Virus record (IMG/VR): IMGVR_UViG_3300036806_000054 | Span: 1-54,811 of that record | DNA length: 54,811 nt | Direction: 5' to 3' (one strand) | Source: a virus | Lineage: Duplodnaviria; Caudoviricetes | Translations under genes and position numbers: made by a program | Notes under the pieces: generated by a model | Seen by the model: the letters and a program-made list of their open reading frames with translations, nothing else | Database searches by the model: none | What the model was told of the DNA's origin: nothing | Shown: one piece after another, positions 1 through 10,330 of the stretch | How the letters are laid out: every line of letters begins with the position of its first letter | Position numbering within the stretch: position 1 is the stretch's first letter

Positions 1-127
1 CATCCATTGAAATAAATATTTCCGGTCTGGTTTCCATGCAGATCAACGCCCCACGCTTTACCTGAAAGATTGCAGTTATTGAAATGTTGCTCCGATGTTG
101 TATGCGCGCCGCTTGAGGCTGATCTAA
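1..127. repeat. Terminal direct repeat (circular assembly overlap), copy 1
   Basis: Bases 1-127 are identical to 54685-54811; 127 is a common assembler k-mer size. Confidence 0.95.
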
Positions 128-1706
128 CAGAAATCTGATAGCCTATCCCTCCTGCGGCCTCACCTTCAAAAGTCGATGAATGCCAATTGTTAGTAAACCC
201 TCCACTTCCAAAGAAGTCGCACGCGGCAAGGCCAACAGACAATCTAGAATTCGGGTCTTTAACGTCCAGCCCTTTCCATTCGATTGAAGTTGTGCAGGCC
301 AACACTCCGACAACTTTAGTGCTCTGTGTTCCAGTATAAGAAAAGCGTCCCGACGCCGTTCCAAATACGCCAGCGTGTCCGCCGTACCCATCGATCTGCA
401 TCCCCGGCACAGAAGCTCCCGATGAATTCTTGAGTCGCAAAATGAGCGGTGCTTTTGAGGAAGTACCACCGAGAGTTAAAACTTTTCCCGCGCTCCCAGA
501 GTTGATCACCGCATCATAAGCTTGCTGTAGATTACAAATCGCGGTTTGAGCTGCACCCGCTGACGGAGCCGCACCGCTTGAGTTGTAGTCGTGTATTTCC
601 CCCGTCACGTAATGAAGCGGCTGTGTAAACTGTAAATGAAGGTTCGCGGGAGTCGATGAAGTTCCGAGATAAACCCTGACCGCGACCGCTCCCGAAGGTG
701 GTTCTTCGTTGATTTGGAGAAAGACTCCCCGTCCGGCGCTCAAACTCAAACTAGACGATACAGGGGAAAGGGCCGTTTCCGTTCCATCATCACACAGATA
801 AGCAAACGCCCCGTAGACCGTTGCTGCGGCGTTGGCCCTGAGATTAGTGATTGTTGGCGCTGAGGTTGGCACAGGAACGGTTAGACCGCCCTTAGTCGTC
901 GTTGTCGTCCCGGCAGTAGGAGGGGCAGCGCCTGAGGCGTTGTATTGAACTATTGCCCCACCCCAGTTCGCATGATCGTCGCCAAAACTCACCAGAGCAG
1001 GAACAAGCGTACCACCTAATGCGTTCGCTCTTTTCCATGTAGTACCACCATCAGCCGAGATATAGATATATGCTCCCACAGCATATTTTGAATTATTTGC
1101 GAGACTGGCAATCGGGAGAACAACTAAGCCTTGACCGTTCTTCGCTGTGAAAGAACTAACCGGAGAAATGCCCGTCTCTCCGCCCCATGCAACATAGGAA
1201 TAGGCTACTTGATAGGTTGTCGTATCGGTAAACGACCCGGCAGAACTTCCACTGTCTTGCGTGAGTGTTGGTGCGGACGCTGGGCCTGAAACCGTAACTG
1301 TTTTCTCGCCCCACCACGCGGCAAACACGTTGCCGGTTTTGACTGAATTGAAAATGATTGATCCGGTTCCAATAAAGACCTGCCGAGGCGCGGCGATAAC
1401 CGATCCATTAATTGTTACTGTATGAGTTTGATTGAGAGTTCCCGCTCCGATAAATCGCAAGGCTAGAGTCGAAGGAGCGGTACAGTTTGCTCCATCTGGG
1501 AAACTCGCGGTTGAAACGATAAGGGTCGCTACGGATGATCCGATGGCCGTGATCGCGGTATTCAGATCGGCATAGCTTGAAGAATAGAAGACTGAGCCGC
1601 CGCCGCCGATATCCGCGTCAATCTCATCTAAATATCGTCGCGCCTCAAGAGGATTGTCCTTTTGAAGTGGATAATGATAACCACGGTTTGCTGTGGTGTC
1701 GGCCAT
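1..1706 (-). CDS. Tail fibre/receptor-binding protein, 5' part (ATG at 1706, continues across the junction to 53529; 953 aa total)
   Basis: Missing from the ORF track. It starts MADTTANRGYHYPLQKDNPLEARRYLDEIDADIGGGG, has no stop in this frame from 1706 to 1, and joins in frame with ORF 53529..54641. Ser/Thr/Gly-rich and downstream of the tail-tip genes. Confidence 0.85.
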   Translation of the reverse strand, partial: MADTTANRGYHYPLQKDNPLEARRYLDEIDADIGGGGSVFYSSSYADLNTAITAIGSSVATLIVSTASFPDGANCTAPSTLALRFIGAGTLNQTHTVTINGSVIAAPRQVFIGTGSIIFNSVKTGNVFAAWWGEKTVTVSGPASAPTLTQDSGSSAGSFTDTTTYQVAYSYVAWGGETGISPVSSFTAKNGQGLVVLPIASLANNSKYAVGAYIYISADGGTTWKRANALGGTLVPALVSFGDDHANWGGAIVQYNASGAAPPTAGTTTTTKGGLTVPVPTSAPTITNLRANAAATVYGAFAYLCDDGTETALSPVSSSLSLSAGRGVFLQINEEPPSGAVAVRVYLGTSSTPANLHLQFTQPLHYVTGEIHDYNSSGAAPSAGAAQTAICNLQQAYDAVINSGSAGKVLTLGGTSSKAPLILRLKNSSGASVPGMQIDGYGGHAGVFGTASGRFSYTGTQSTKVVGVLACTTSIEWKGLDVKDPNSRLSVGLAACDFFGSGGFTNNWHSSTFEGEAAGGIGYQISVRSASSGAHTTSEQHFNNCNLSGKAWGVDLHGNQTGNIYFNG

Positions 1707-1856
1707 TTATTCAGGGCAATATAATCGGCGTTTTTTTGCATCAGCCGGACACGGCACGCCGACGACTGCTGGCTGATGGAAAGTATATGCTTCGCTCATC
1801 CATTCGGCCTCATGTTTCCAAGAAAGAATTACGAATAGTAAGTAAAAGATGATCAT
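1707..1856 (-). CDS. Small hypothetical protein (49 aa, hydrophobic N-terminus)
   Basis: ATG overlaps the upstream stop (ATGA) and its TAA abuts the next ATG; MIIFYLLFVILSWKHEAEW... Confidence 0.45.
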   Translation of the reverse strand: MIIFYLLFVILSWKHEAEWMSEAYTFHQPAVVGVPCPADAKKRRLYCPE

Positions 1857-2605
1857 GTTATATCCACGTCTGTTGCGATTCCGTCAACAGTCAACGGCGG
1901 AGTCGCGTTCTGATAAATTCGCGCGTGAAGACCTGAAGATATTCCATCGGCGGTTCGATCACGCAAAGAATAAATCGTCGAGAATTCATTCGGTCGCGCT
2001 CTGGCAATGCGAATATCGGGAACATTAAATCCTGAACTTGAGGTTCCTACGACCCAAGCACCCAGACTTAGCGGATAGCCCACGCCTTGCCACGGACTTG
2101 CAAGTATGATAACAGGTGAAGACTCGCGAGCATTATAAATTCTAAACTCCGTACCTGTAACCATAAAGCTATACTGCTGGCCTTTGCGTCCCGATCCAAT
2201 GGCCGCATAGCCCGGATCGATGTTATCCCGCGTTGCCAGCAAATTGCGGGTTGTGACCACTCCGCTGCCATCAAAGAAACAGCCATAATAATTTTCCTTA
2301 ATCGTATGCGCTAAAGTTCCCGCAGCCCAATCTACGCTTAGAACCGCAGCGCCAGAATCCCATCCCGATCCGTTTTTATATGCTTGTGCGCCGAAATCGG
2401 GACTCATCGGAAAGATACCCCTGACTAATCCGACGCTGGGCTGGCTAGGTGACGAGTCAACGGAAGCCGCAGCGTCGCCGCCCGCCCATTTGATCCCAAA
2501 GTCATAACGAGAGTTTGGCTCTCGAATAGCCTCTAGCGTTCCCGCCGTACCGGAAATCAGATTATTCCGATCGGTGTAATTTGAACTTGTATGGTCTACT
2601 GCCAT
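1853..2605 (-). CDS. Tail-tip accessory protein, possibly the separated C-terminal part of the host-specificity protein
   Basis: Starts 1 nt after the stop of the 963-aa ORF. Its C-terminus (STIYSLRDRTADG...ARIYQ) resembles the end of GTA-type host-specificity proteins. Confidence 0.65.
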   Translation of the reverse strand: MAVDHTSSNYTDRNNLISGTAGTLEAIREPNSRYDFGIKWAGGDAAASVDSSPSQPSVGLVRGIFPMSPDFGAQAYKNGSGWDSGAAVLSVDWAAGTLAHTIKENYYGCFFDGSGVVTTRNLLATRDNIDPGYAAIGSGRKGQQYSFMVTGTEFRIYNARESSPVIILASPWQGVGYPLSLGAWVVGTSSSGFNVPDIRIARARPNEFSTIYSLRDRTADGISSGLHARIYQNATPPLTVDGIATDVDIT

Positions 2606-2606
2606 A

Positions 2607-5474
2607 TCAGTGAACCGTGAAGCCTGAGTTTGATACTAACAAACAAGCCCTTCCTGAATTTGGAACAACGGGCAGATCGCGCTTATGTTCTGACGATGTC
2701 ACGCGGCCCGATCCAGTCCAGATTTCGACAGTATAAGTCTCAGATTCTTCCAAGTTGCGGGGATGCCCTACAAACGTAATCAGCCAATCACCATACCCAT
2801 CATCAACCACCTCAACATTCGACACTGCTAACGGCCTTAGGCTATTGCCGTAAAGTATCTGTTCGGTGACAGGAACGCTCTCTAGTTGTTGCCCTGAAGT
2901 CTCAGCCTTGAATTTCAATGTTTGCCCGATGTCTTCTTTTCTTTGTCTTCGAGGTTTGATTGTCGAGTCGATAAACATCACTTCATCCGCTGAAGTATGC
3001 GAGCCAACATTGTTCTGACTTTCAAATCTACCTCGCAGGAAAGTGTCAACTGTGTATTGAGCAACGTAAGGTGATGCCGCTGTGCCCGGAGTCGCATTCT
3101 TAAACTGTACGCACTCAACGTCACCCGTAGATGGGTTCTTGATAGCTAAGAGATTAAGGTTCGGGTTGTCCTCGATTAGTCCAGTGGTCGAGCTTGATAG
3201 TTGTGGATCGTGATAGAAGTTAATTGTTAGACTTGAGACTGTGTCCCAAACAGTAGTGTCAGAAACAGAGGCTAAGGTCGTCCCATCTGTAACGCCAATG
3301 GACGAAGGAATGTTTTGCAGTGTAACGAGCTCATAGACGCCCGAAGTCAACGGCATCTCTTGATACAAGAAACCACCCGGCCACGCGCCTCCACCAATTC
3401 CACAAAGTCCAGTATAGAGAACCGCATCAGTACCATCCCCGGCATCCTCAGGTCTAAACAATGGGCCATCTAAGATAATGCTCTTACTGTTACTTGGAAA
3501 TCCTGCTATCGGCGTCTCTGCTCCTGAGATTGATCCAAATCCAGTAGGACTATAGATACTCGCAGCTTGTCTCACGGCTTGAAACTGACACAACCCTACA
3601 GGTAAGCCATACTTCCCATCCCCGATCCTGACGGTATGAGTAGCATTCGGTAAAGTTACCCGACCAACGCATCCGGGTACTACAGGGAAGAACTCCGGCC
3701 CCGCCTCAAAAGTGAATGATCTCGATTCCATTTCTGCCTTATGCAAAAGAGTCGAACAGAGTTTCTTAATGTTGTGCTCGTTATCGACTAGTGCGAGAGA
3801 GAAACTTTGCACGTCATAGCGATACGAATCCAATGCTCGATCAAACTGTACTCCGTTGTGATAGTCCTGCCCTTTATCGAGATAGTTAATATCAACTTCC
3901 ACAGGTAAGAGAATAGGATCGATATCTGTTATCACCGCATCTTGCGCGGGCATTTCCGATCCGTCTAAGTGTGCGCGAAGTTTTGCAAATGGAATTGTAA
4001 AATCTATCGTTGTGCGGTTTCTGAGAACCGCATTCACAAGACCATCAAACTCAACCATATCGAACTGGTGTAGAGTCTGTAAGTCTTTAATCGTATCGCC
4101 AAGAGGTTTCTGATTGGTTCTAATGACTCCCGCGACTTCCAAACCACTCAACGCAGACAATTCCAAGTCAGAACTTGCCCTGCCGCCAAGAGCATAAATG
4201 TCGGTGACGATCTGATCGACTGCCGTGATTCCATCATCTGATTCGATAGTGACATTAGGCAGCGCTCCGTTAGGTAACTGAATGTCTTGAATGAATATCG
4301 TAGCCAGTCCGCGATAAGCCGGAGCATTGTCTACCCCTTTATCTGCGATCAGTGCAGGATCGGCTGGCTGATCTAATGTCCCTCGATAAATTCTTATCTG
4401 AGGCGATCCCCACTTCGCTAAGTTCGCCGTAATCGTGGAAGTTCCCGCAAGTGGCTGCCCATCTTCGCCAATTTCCAGCGGTCGAACATTGTAAATAGGC
4501 CACGGCTTTGTTTCGTCTGTTGGCGGGAGGATTGTCGGATCGGTTAGATCGGTAAACACCCTGCTATCACTTAAAACCCCATCCGCAAAAGAAACCGTCT
4601 CTACTACATCAATACAGTCGAGATTCGGGGAATGTCCTGACATGTTTCCTAGTCGAATCGTATGCGCCCCGGCAGTCATTTCAAATCCGATTGTTTGAAT
4701 GCCGATCAGCCCCGCTCCTGATGCTTCGCATGATACTGATCCCTGCGAGACAGAATCGAGCAAGACCTCAAAGCTCTGCGTTCCAGTATCTAGCTGATAA
4801 GAAATAGCGATGTCATAATCACCGTCATCGGGAACCGTGATCGCAAAGTCAACATAACCATTATCTCCGCTGCCTGTGCCCAGATGAGTAACCCCTGCCC
4901 CGTTGGAAGCATAGGAAGCCGGGGTAATCGCTGCCGTACCGCCAAGAGTTGCCGATTCAGCTTCATATCGAATAGAAGATAATTGCGGGCCAGTATTCCA
5001 AACGAGATCAGTTCCAAACCATATTCGAGTGACGTTACTTATTGGCCCTTCACGAAACACTCCGGCAACTGAAGTGAAATACTGATGGTCAACCGTGGCT
5101 GGTGTGGGCGGCTTTGGCGGGCCTTTGCCTCCTGAGTGGCCGGGAGTCGTAACAGGCCGGTCTACAATAGGCGTATGCCAGAACCAAACAGGAGCGCAGC
5201 GTACTTGCCCTCTAGCCCAAACAATAGGCTCTCCATATCCCGGTAACGAAATTCTAATGTCATCTTGCTTTCCTCGATCAACCGGACTGACTTTAGTTTT
5301 CTTGGCAATGAGATACTCAAGTCCGATTGACCCGGCAGTCACAGCAGCGGAGATAAGTAGCGGAATAATAATCGCGGCAGGAATGCGGAACGTAGATGTG
5401 CCAAGATATATAGGACGCTCTCGCGCCCACCATTCGGCCATCCGAGTCTTGAAAAATGGTAGAAACTCACGCAT
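2607..5474 (-). CDS. Host-specificity/tail-tip protein (GTA orf15-like) with inserted CBM6/35-like domain
   Basis: Motifs YGEPI..G, GGKG, PAYRGLA...LPN and ...FLRG. Follows DUF2460, DUF2163 and NlpC genes. Likely start is ATG 5474, overlapping the NlpC end. Confidence 0.85.
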   Translation of the reverse strand: MREFLPFFKTRMAEWWARERPIYLGTSTFRIPAAIIIPLLISAAVTAGSIGLEYLIAKKTKVSPVDRGKQDDIRISLPGYGEPIVWARGQVRCAPVWFWHTPIVDRPVTTPGHSGGKGPPKPPTPATVDHQYFTSVAGVFREGPISNVTRIWFGTDLVWNTGPQLSSIRYEAESATLGGTAAITPASYASNGAGVTHLGTGSGDNGYVDFAITVPDDGDYDIAISYQLDTGTQSFEVLLDSVSQGSVSCEASGAGLIGIQTIGFEMTAGAHTIRLGNMSGHSPNLDCIDVVETVSFADGVLSDSRVFTDLTDPTILPPTDETKPWPIYNVRPLEIGEDGQPLAGTSTITANLAKWGSPQIRIYRGTLDQPADPALIADKGVDNAPAYRGLATIFIQDIQLPNGALPNVTIESDDGITAVDQIVTDIYALGGRASSDLELSALSGLEVAGVIRTNQKPLGDTIKDLQTLHQFDMVEFDGLVNAVLRNRTTIDFTIPFAKLRAHLDGSEMPAQDAVITDIDPILLPVEVDINYLDKGQDYHNGVQFDRALDSYRYDVQSFSLALVDNEHNIKKLCSTLLHKAEMESRSFTFEAGPEFFPVVPGCVGRVTLPNATHTVRIGDGKYGLPVGLCQFQAVRQAASIYSPTGFGSISGAETPIAGFPSNSKSIILDGPLFRPEDAGDGTDAVLYTGLCGIGGGAWPGGFLYQEMPLTSGVYELVTLQNIPSSIGVTDGTTLASVSDTTVWDTVSSLTINFYHDPQLSSSTTGLIEDNPNLNLLAIKNPSTGDVECVQFKNATPGTAASPYVAQYTVDTFLRGRFESQNNVGSHTSADEVMFIDSTIKPRRQRKEDIGQTLKFKAETSGQQLESVPVTEQILYGNSLRPLAVSNVEVVDDGYGDWLITFVGHPRNLEESETYTVEIWTGSGRVTSSEHKRDLPVVPNSGRACLLVSNSGFTVH

Positions 5475-5928
5475 CGGGAATCCGAAAACAATTCGCAATT
5501 CGTTGCCTGAAATCCACGGCCTGCTCTCTTAACTTGCCGATTTTTCCATCTAGCGATCTCCATGCTTCAACAATCGTAAGCGGTTGTAGTTCGGTGACAA
5601 TGCCTACATGCTTCGGGTTGCGATGCACGTAAAGAACGATTAAATCGCTAATCTTGGCGTCGGGCACGGAGTTATTGATCACCGGAATTTCAATGAAGTG
5701 TTTCTTCATCAGCGCGACCATTGCATAACCGTCTGGCTGTTCCGAATAGGCTTGCATTGCCTGCGTAAGTTCGTCCGGCAAGTGTAAGCCTTGTTTCCGG
5801 TATCCCCATGCCGGGGCATGAACACAATCTAAGCCCGTCTCGGGTTCGCGTCCTAAATGCCGATAGGCCGTGCCCCGCAACACTAGTCCGCGCAAATCCG
5901 ACACGAATTGTTGGCGATCAAATTTCAT
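5467..5928 (-). CDS. NlpC/P60 tail-associated peptidase
   Basis: GTAYRHLGR..GLDC and HVGIV motifs; standard position in the GTA-type tail tip. Confidence 0.9.
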   Translation of the reverse strand: MKFDRQQFVSDLRGLVLRGTAYRHLGREPETGLDCVHAPAWGYRKQGLHLPDELTQAMQAYSEQPDGYAMVALMKKHFIEIPVINNSVPDAKISDLIVLYVHRNPKHVGIVTELQPLTIVEAWRSLDGKIGKLREQAVDFRQRIANCFRIPDA

Positions 5929-6839
5929 TGCAACGGTAAGCGGGTGAGACTTTCCAACGTTGGCATGTCCGGAAAAAAGTCCGCGTTCAGAATGTTATTA
6001 ACAACAGTCGTGTCGATCTGCGTTCGCGTCTTACAATCACTTGGCCTCTTACGACAACCAATCACCGCTGAATAGGTGTCTCCAACTTCCGGCAAGAAAG
6101 GTGTTGGCGTTCTCAGTCCGAAAATACCGCCCGTTCCCGTGTAGGCATCAACCTTAAATCGATATCCTGAGTTATCACCGGACGTAAATAAAAACTCCCC
6201 ATTTCCAAACGTATCATCTAATTCGGTTCGCGATGAATCGGCAAAGATGTTTTGATCCGTGACTGACGTTAGAGTTCCAGTCACCGTAAAATCAGCAACA
6301 TCTAAAGTACAAAGAGCATCACAAAAAGTTCGGGAACATTCTGCACGTGTGACCTTTCCATAAATCTGGGACAAACAAGCATTGAATCCCATGATCTCTA
6401 CGGAAAGCATCTTGCCCTTTTGTACGAATTGGCCGAGATGTCCCTCGTGGGTTATGTATTGGCCCATTCCTAGAGCTAGATAATTCGTGACGAAGATTGT
6501 TGTTTCCGCATGAGTCCATTTCCCCGCTAACGCATCAGCTTCAGTTATCCCCGCTGCAACAAGAAATAAGTCGGCTTCCATGTTCCCCGCTGCTTGGCCT
6601 TGCTGAACCTCAACATTAGAAGCAGACATTCCTGTAGTCGTTTTGAACGTCACGCCAACGTAACCGGGGACGCTTGTTAAGTCTCGCGACCATGTAGTAA
6701 ATGCCACAACCGATCCATCAATAGGTGAAATGACTTTGGCACACGCGCAGATTGTTAGCGTCGTTCCAGCATAGTGCGCGGGCAAAGATGCCGACGTGTA
6801 AGGCGACTGAACATTCTGTGGGGTTCTAAGTAGTGTCAT
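5925..6839 (-). CDS. Baseplate hub protein (DUF2163/BR0599 family)
   Basis: CSRTFCDALC and GC.KRP.DC...N..N..FFP motifs. Confidence 0.88.
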   Translation of the reverse strand: MTLLRTPQNVQSPYTSASLPAHYAGTTLTICACAKVISPIDGSVVAFTTWSRDLTSVPGYVGVTFKTTTGMSASNVEVQQGQAAGNMEADLFLVAAGITEADALAGKWTHAETTIFVTNYLALGMGQYITHEGHLGQFVQKGKMLSVEIMGFNACLSQIYGKVTRAECSRTFCDALCTLDVADFTVTGTLTSVTDQNIFADSSRTELDDTFGNGEFLFTSGDNSGYRFKVDAYTGTGGIFGLRTPTPFLPEVGDTYSAVIGCRKRPSDCKTRTQIDTTVVNNILNADFFPDMPTLESLTRLPLQ

Positions 6840-7489
6840 GCGTACTCAGCCGGATAACGGACTTCCTGCATTGGAAGCTCCGGGCCCTTTACTAATCCTG
6901 TGCCGTTAGCATTCCAGATAAAAAGCTTTGCGCTAGGGAAAGACTTAACTTGGTAACGAACCGGAATGTAAAACGTAAAGGTTCCCGTTAGAATATGTCC
7001 CGAGACGGGCGCGGTTCCGAACGTCACTAAGCCAGCGGTTGAGCCTGTATAAGGAACGGTGAATTTCCCCGCGCCCGCACCTTCTGTGACAGGTGTGGCG
7101 TTATCGAAGATAGACGGGCCATTATCGATCAGGTAAATCTCTCTGTTGTAAGCGTTGCTGGAATTACCGTCGTTAATCGAAAGCTGGAAGGTTGTGGTTG
7201 ATCCATCACCTACACCGAACGCTTCAGTGGTTGCCTTATAGAAACTGCGATCCCTGACTTTGAACGCATACCCTCGCCCTCTCACTGCGTTGAAGTGTTG
7301 GCGAATTGAATTGAGATTAGGGATCGTGATGTTCTCGGCAGTGTTTGCGTTATACATCCTTTTGGAGTCTGACCAAAGGATTGCCCGCTGTTCTGAGCCG
7401 CCGCCGAGTTCTACAACGATGTCCTCCCAAGTGTCCTGAGAGTCCACCGCCGCTAATTCGAGAGGAAATGCTGTGTCCAAATAGGCCAT
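6836..7489 (-). CDS. Distal tail protein (DUF2460 family)
   Basis: GSEQR..W, F.A.RGR..F, GDG.TT.FQL and F.FYIPVR motifs. Confidence 0.9.
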   Translation of the reverse strand: MAYLDTAFPLELAAVDSQDTWEDIVVELGGGSEQRAILWSDSKRMYNANTAENITIPNLNSIRQHFNAVRGRGYAFKVRDRSFYKATTEAFGVGDGSTTTFQLSINDGNSSNAYNREIYLIDNGPSIFDNATPVTEGAGAGKFTVPYTGSTAGLVTFGTAPVSGHILTGTFTFYIPVRYQVKSFPSAKLFIWNANGTGLVKGPELPMQEVRYPAEYA

Positions 7490-7491
7490 AA

Positions 7492-10038
7492 TTATCCTTG
7501 TAATGCGGCGTAAAGCTGAAGCCGTCGCACCTTTTCAGCAACTTGCCTCTGCGTCTCCCGCGATCCCGCGCCAGCTACGCTGTCAACGTGAAAATGAACA
7601 TGCAGATCGCCGCCTACTGTTCGCTTATTCTCTTGTGCGGTCATTACTCGTTCGCCTTTGTGCAGCATCGCGGGAAAGTTGTCATAAGGAACATAATCTA
7701 ATCCGCTCGCGTAACCACCGATATGGCCTATCTCGTGAATAGGCCCATGCGCAGCCGCGCCGCCTCCGCCTGCACTACCAAGCCCCGCGCCAAATACCGA
7801 ACCAATGAAAGGGAGTGCGACTTGTAGCGCCTTCAGAAACCAATTTCCTCCGCTCGTTACTTGTCCACCCGTTGTAGTGCCACCGCTTGGGCTAAATGCA
7901 CCCTGTAGCATCTTGAAAATGGACGAGGCCAACCACTGCTCGGCCATCTGCTCAAGCATATGAAGGAAGCCCAGAGCCATCGATCTGAATCCTTCTTTTA
8001 TTCCCTTGTCAAACCCGTCCCGAATTGCCTGATCGAGCGTGTTAGTAATATCCCCCGCTAGTTGGTGCAATTTCTCATCAACATCCCCACCCGGCAGAAT
8101 CTTATAGAGCCAATCCGGTAATTGAGTTGCTCTTCGTTGTCGGGTCGCATTCGTTTCGTCTAGCTCTATTCCAACGCTGTGAGCAAGATTCTTGTCCTCA
8201 GCAAATCGCGGACGTTCTGCAATGGCTCTACGTTCGCGTGTTAGCATCTTAACCAGATCAATCGCTCTCTGTGTCTGGGCATTGGTTCGAGCTATTGAGA
8301 GAGCATAGTCAATTTCGGTGACGCCTGCTTTTCGTAGTTGAACCTCTAATTCAGCCACGGCGCGATCATATTGATCGGTATTCGACCGCGCATAACCAAT
8401 GTCACGAATCTGCTGATCCATGAAATCATGGAGTTGATCTAATAGCTTCGCGCGATCGTCTAAGACCTTATTCGAATTCTTAGTATGGGTGTTTTCTTCC
8501 TCAGCCTGCTTGTTCTTAATCTGTTGAATTGCGATCAGTCGCTCTTGAGGCTTGCGAATCTTTTCAGCCGCATCCATTTCTTCTTTCAAGCCTTCAATGA
8601 CAGCCGAATGCCTGCGTAATTCCGTGGCGTTATATCTTCCCGCGTATTGATCGAAAGTTTCCCAGCGACGATCCAGCGATCTCTTGTTTGCTTCGTCCTC
8701 TGCCTTTAGTCCATCTAAAACAGCCTTGAGACGTAGATCGGCTAGCCGTTTCTCGGCTACGGCAGGATCGCCCCCGCGCCCACCTCCGCCGCCTTTTGGA
8801 AATGTCGGCATTGATCCCTTGGAAGCATCGCCGACGCCGCTAGTTACCATAGACTTGAGAAATTCAAAGCGCGCAGCGCGGCCTGCGTTAACCATTGCGT
8901 CTAATTCGACTTGGAATCCAGTACCAACGCTGCCCGTCGCATAGCCTGCCGCTATCGCCCCCGGCAAGGTGCGAACCGATGCGGCCACGATCGAGGCTTG
9001 CACGCGCACTTCATTTACAACGCGCGCCATGATCTCGCCAATGAAATCTGCCCATGAGGCCCATGCGCCTTGATTGCCTGTAAGAGCGTAATTAATATCG
9101 TTCAACGCCCCCGTCACTTGCGGAACCAGCCAGCCCCCAACCTTAAGGCCAAACCCTTCCACAATAAGCATGCTGTCCGTCATGGCAACTTGAAATTCAC
9201 GGGCACGCTCAACAGCGTCCTGACCAAGCGTTAATCCGAAAGCGTCGGCTTTCTTTCTGGCCTCTTCGCTGCGCTCTGCGATATCCTTAAGTGCGTCGGC
9301 GCTCTGAATCCATCCTCGGCTTACTAAAGCTTGCGCAGATCGATTCTTATCCGCTTGGTTTGTTACGCCCTCTAAAGCCTTCGCGGTTCGAACTAATTGC
9401 TCATCAGGCGAGGATTTCTTGAATTCTTCATTGTTAAGCCCAAGAAACCTCAATGCCCGCCCTGCTTCCCCTGCTGGCTCAGTAATGCCCTTGCTAATAT
9501 TCACCTGAAGACGGGCGGCGGTAGTCGTAAGCCCTTCAAAACTGGTTTCTGTTTCCACAGAAATAACTTTAAGACTGGAAAGCATTTCGGCGGTTAGCCC
9601 GGTCTTGGCTTGTGCCTTATAGATTTCCTCTCCATAGGCCGCTGATGTTTTTGCCAATTCAAATAACGCGGTACCTAGACCAACGGCCGCGACTGTCGTT
9701 CCAATCATTCCAGCCGCGATTAGAATTAGAGGGTTTTCGAGGAGTCCCGCGCTAGAAATCAGGTCAACAAATTGAATATGTAGTCCTTCGCCTGAGAGCG
9801 ACGTTCTAACAAATTCTCTATGTAGCTCGCTGGCAGCATGAGACGTGCCGCCAAGATGAGAAGTTAGCCGTTGCGCGGCTTGACCGACATTCTTAAATGC
9901 CGCTGTAGATTTTCTGTCTAGAGCTTGGTGTTCGGCGGCAAGAGCGAGAACTTTCTTTTGGCTTTCTGTGAGTGCACGATCATGAGCGGACGTATCCGCC
10001 GTGATCTTCGAGGCCAAATCAAAGAGATTATCAGCCAT
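7492..10038 (-). CDS. Tail tape measure protein
   Basis: Long, helical, Ala-rich. Starts MADNLFDLASKITADTS (ATG 10038 in a TAATG overlap); C-terminal GLDYVPYDNFPAMLHKGERV motif. Confidence 0.92.
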   Translation of the reverse strand: MADNLFDLASKITADTSAHDRALTESQKKVLALAAEHQALDRKSTAAFKNVGQAAQRLTSHLGGTSHAASELHREFVRTSLSGEGLHIQFVDLISSAGLLENPLILIAAGMIGTTVAAVGLGTALFELAKTSAAYGEEIYKAQAKTGLTAEMLSSLKVISVETETSFEGLTTTAARLQVNISKGITEPAGEAGRALRFLGLNNEEFKKSSPDEQLVRTAKALEGVTNQADKNRSAQALVSRGWIQSADALKDIAERSEEARKKADAFGLTLGQDAVERAREFQVAMTDSMLIVEGFGLKVGGWLVPQVTGALNDINYALTGNQGAWASWADFIGEIMARVVNEVRVQASIVAASVRTLPGAIAAGYATGSVGTGFQVELDAMVNAGRAARFEFLKSMVTSGVGDASKGSMPTFPKGGGGGRGGDPAVAEKRLADLRLKAVLDGLKAEDEANKRSLDRRWETFDQYAGRYNATELRRHSAVIEGLKEEMDAAEKIRKPQERLIAIQQIKNKQAEEENTHTKNSNKVLDDRAKLLDQLHDFMDQQIRDIGYARSNTDQYDRAVAELEVQLRKAGVTEIDYALSIARTNAQTQRAIDLVKMLTRERRAIAERPRFAEDKNLAHSVGIELDETNATRQRRATQLPDWLYKILPGGDVDEKLHQLAGDITNTLDQAIRDGFDKGIKEGFRSMALGFLHMLEQMAEQWLASSIFKMLQGAFSPSGGTTTGGQVTSGGNWFLKALQVALPFIGSVFGAGLGSAGGGGAAAHGPIHEIGHIGGYASGLDYVPYDNFPAMLHKGERVMTAQENKRTVGGDLHVHFHVDSVAGAGSRETQRQVAEKVRRLQLYAALQG

Positions 10039-10330
10039 TACATATTCCGCAGGATTCGATGAAGTAAGTGCATGGTTAACTGCTCGGTAGTTATCTTGCT
10101 TTCCTTGCAAGCCAAATTGAACGCATATCTATCACCAATCTTTTCAGCTTGAGCATATCCCGCACACTTGGCGATGAAGTCAGGCGACTCTTTTGCTAGT
10201 AACAGCGCATCACAATGAAGCCATTTGGCTGCTAGTCTGAGACTGTTGAGTTGGTGATAGTCTCTGTCTGGTTCTTCTCCAAGCTCTCCGTTTGTGCCGA
10301 GCCAGATTCCGACCCGGCTATAGTAGGGTT
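10038..10330 (-). CDS. Tail assembly chaperone C-terminal extension (gpT-like, -1 frame)
   Basis: Open frame that is -1 relative to the upstream chaperone and ends at the tape-measure start. The 5' boundary is approximate. Confidence 0.55.

Noticed and set aside
143-1852. Short ORFs 143..469, 1205..1408 and 1577..1852
   Set aside because: They are alternative frames overlapping the long tail-fibre frame that starts at 1706.
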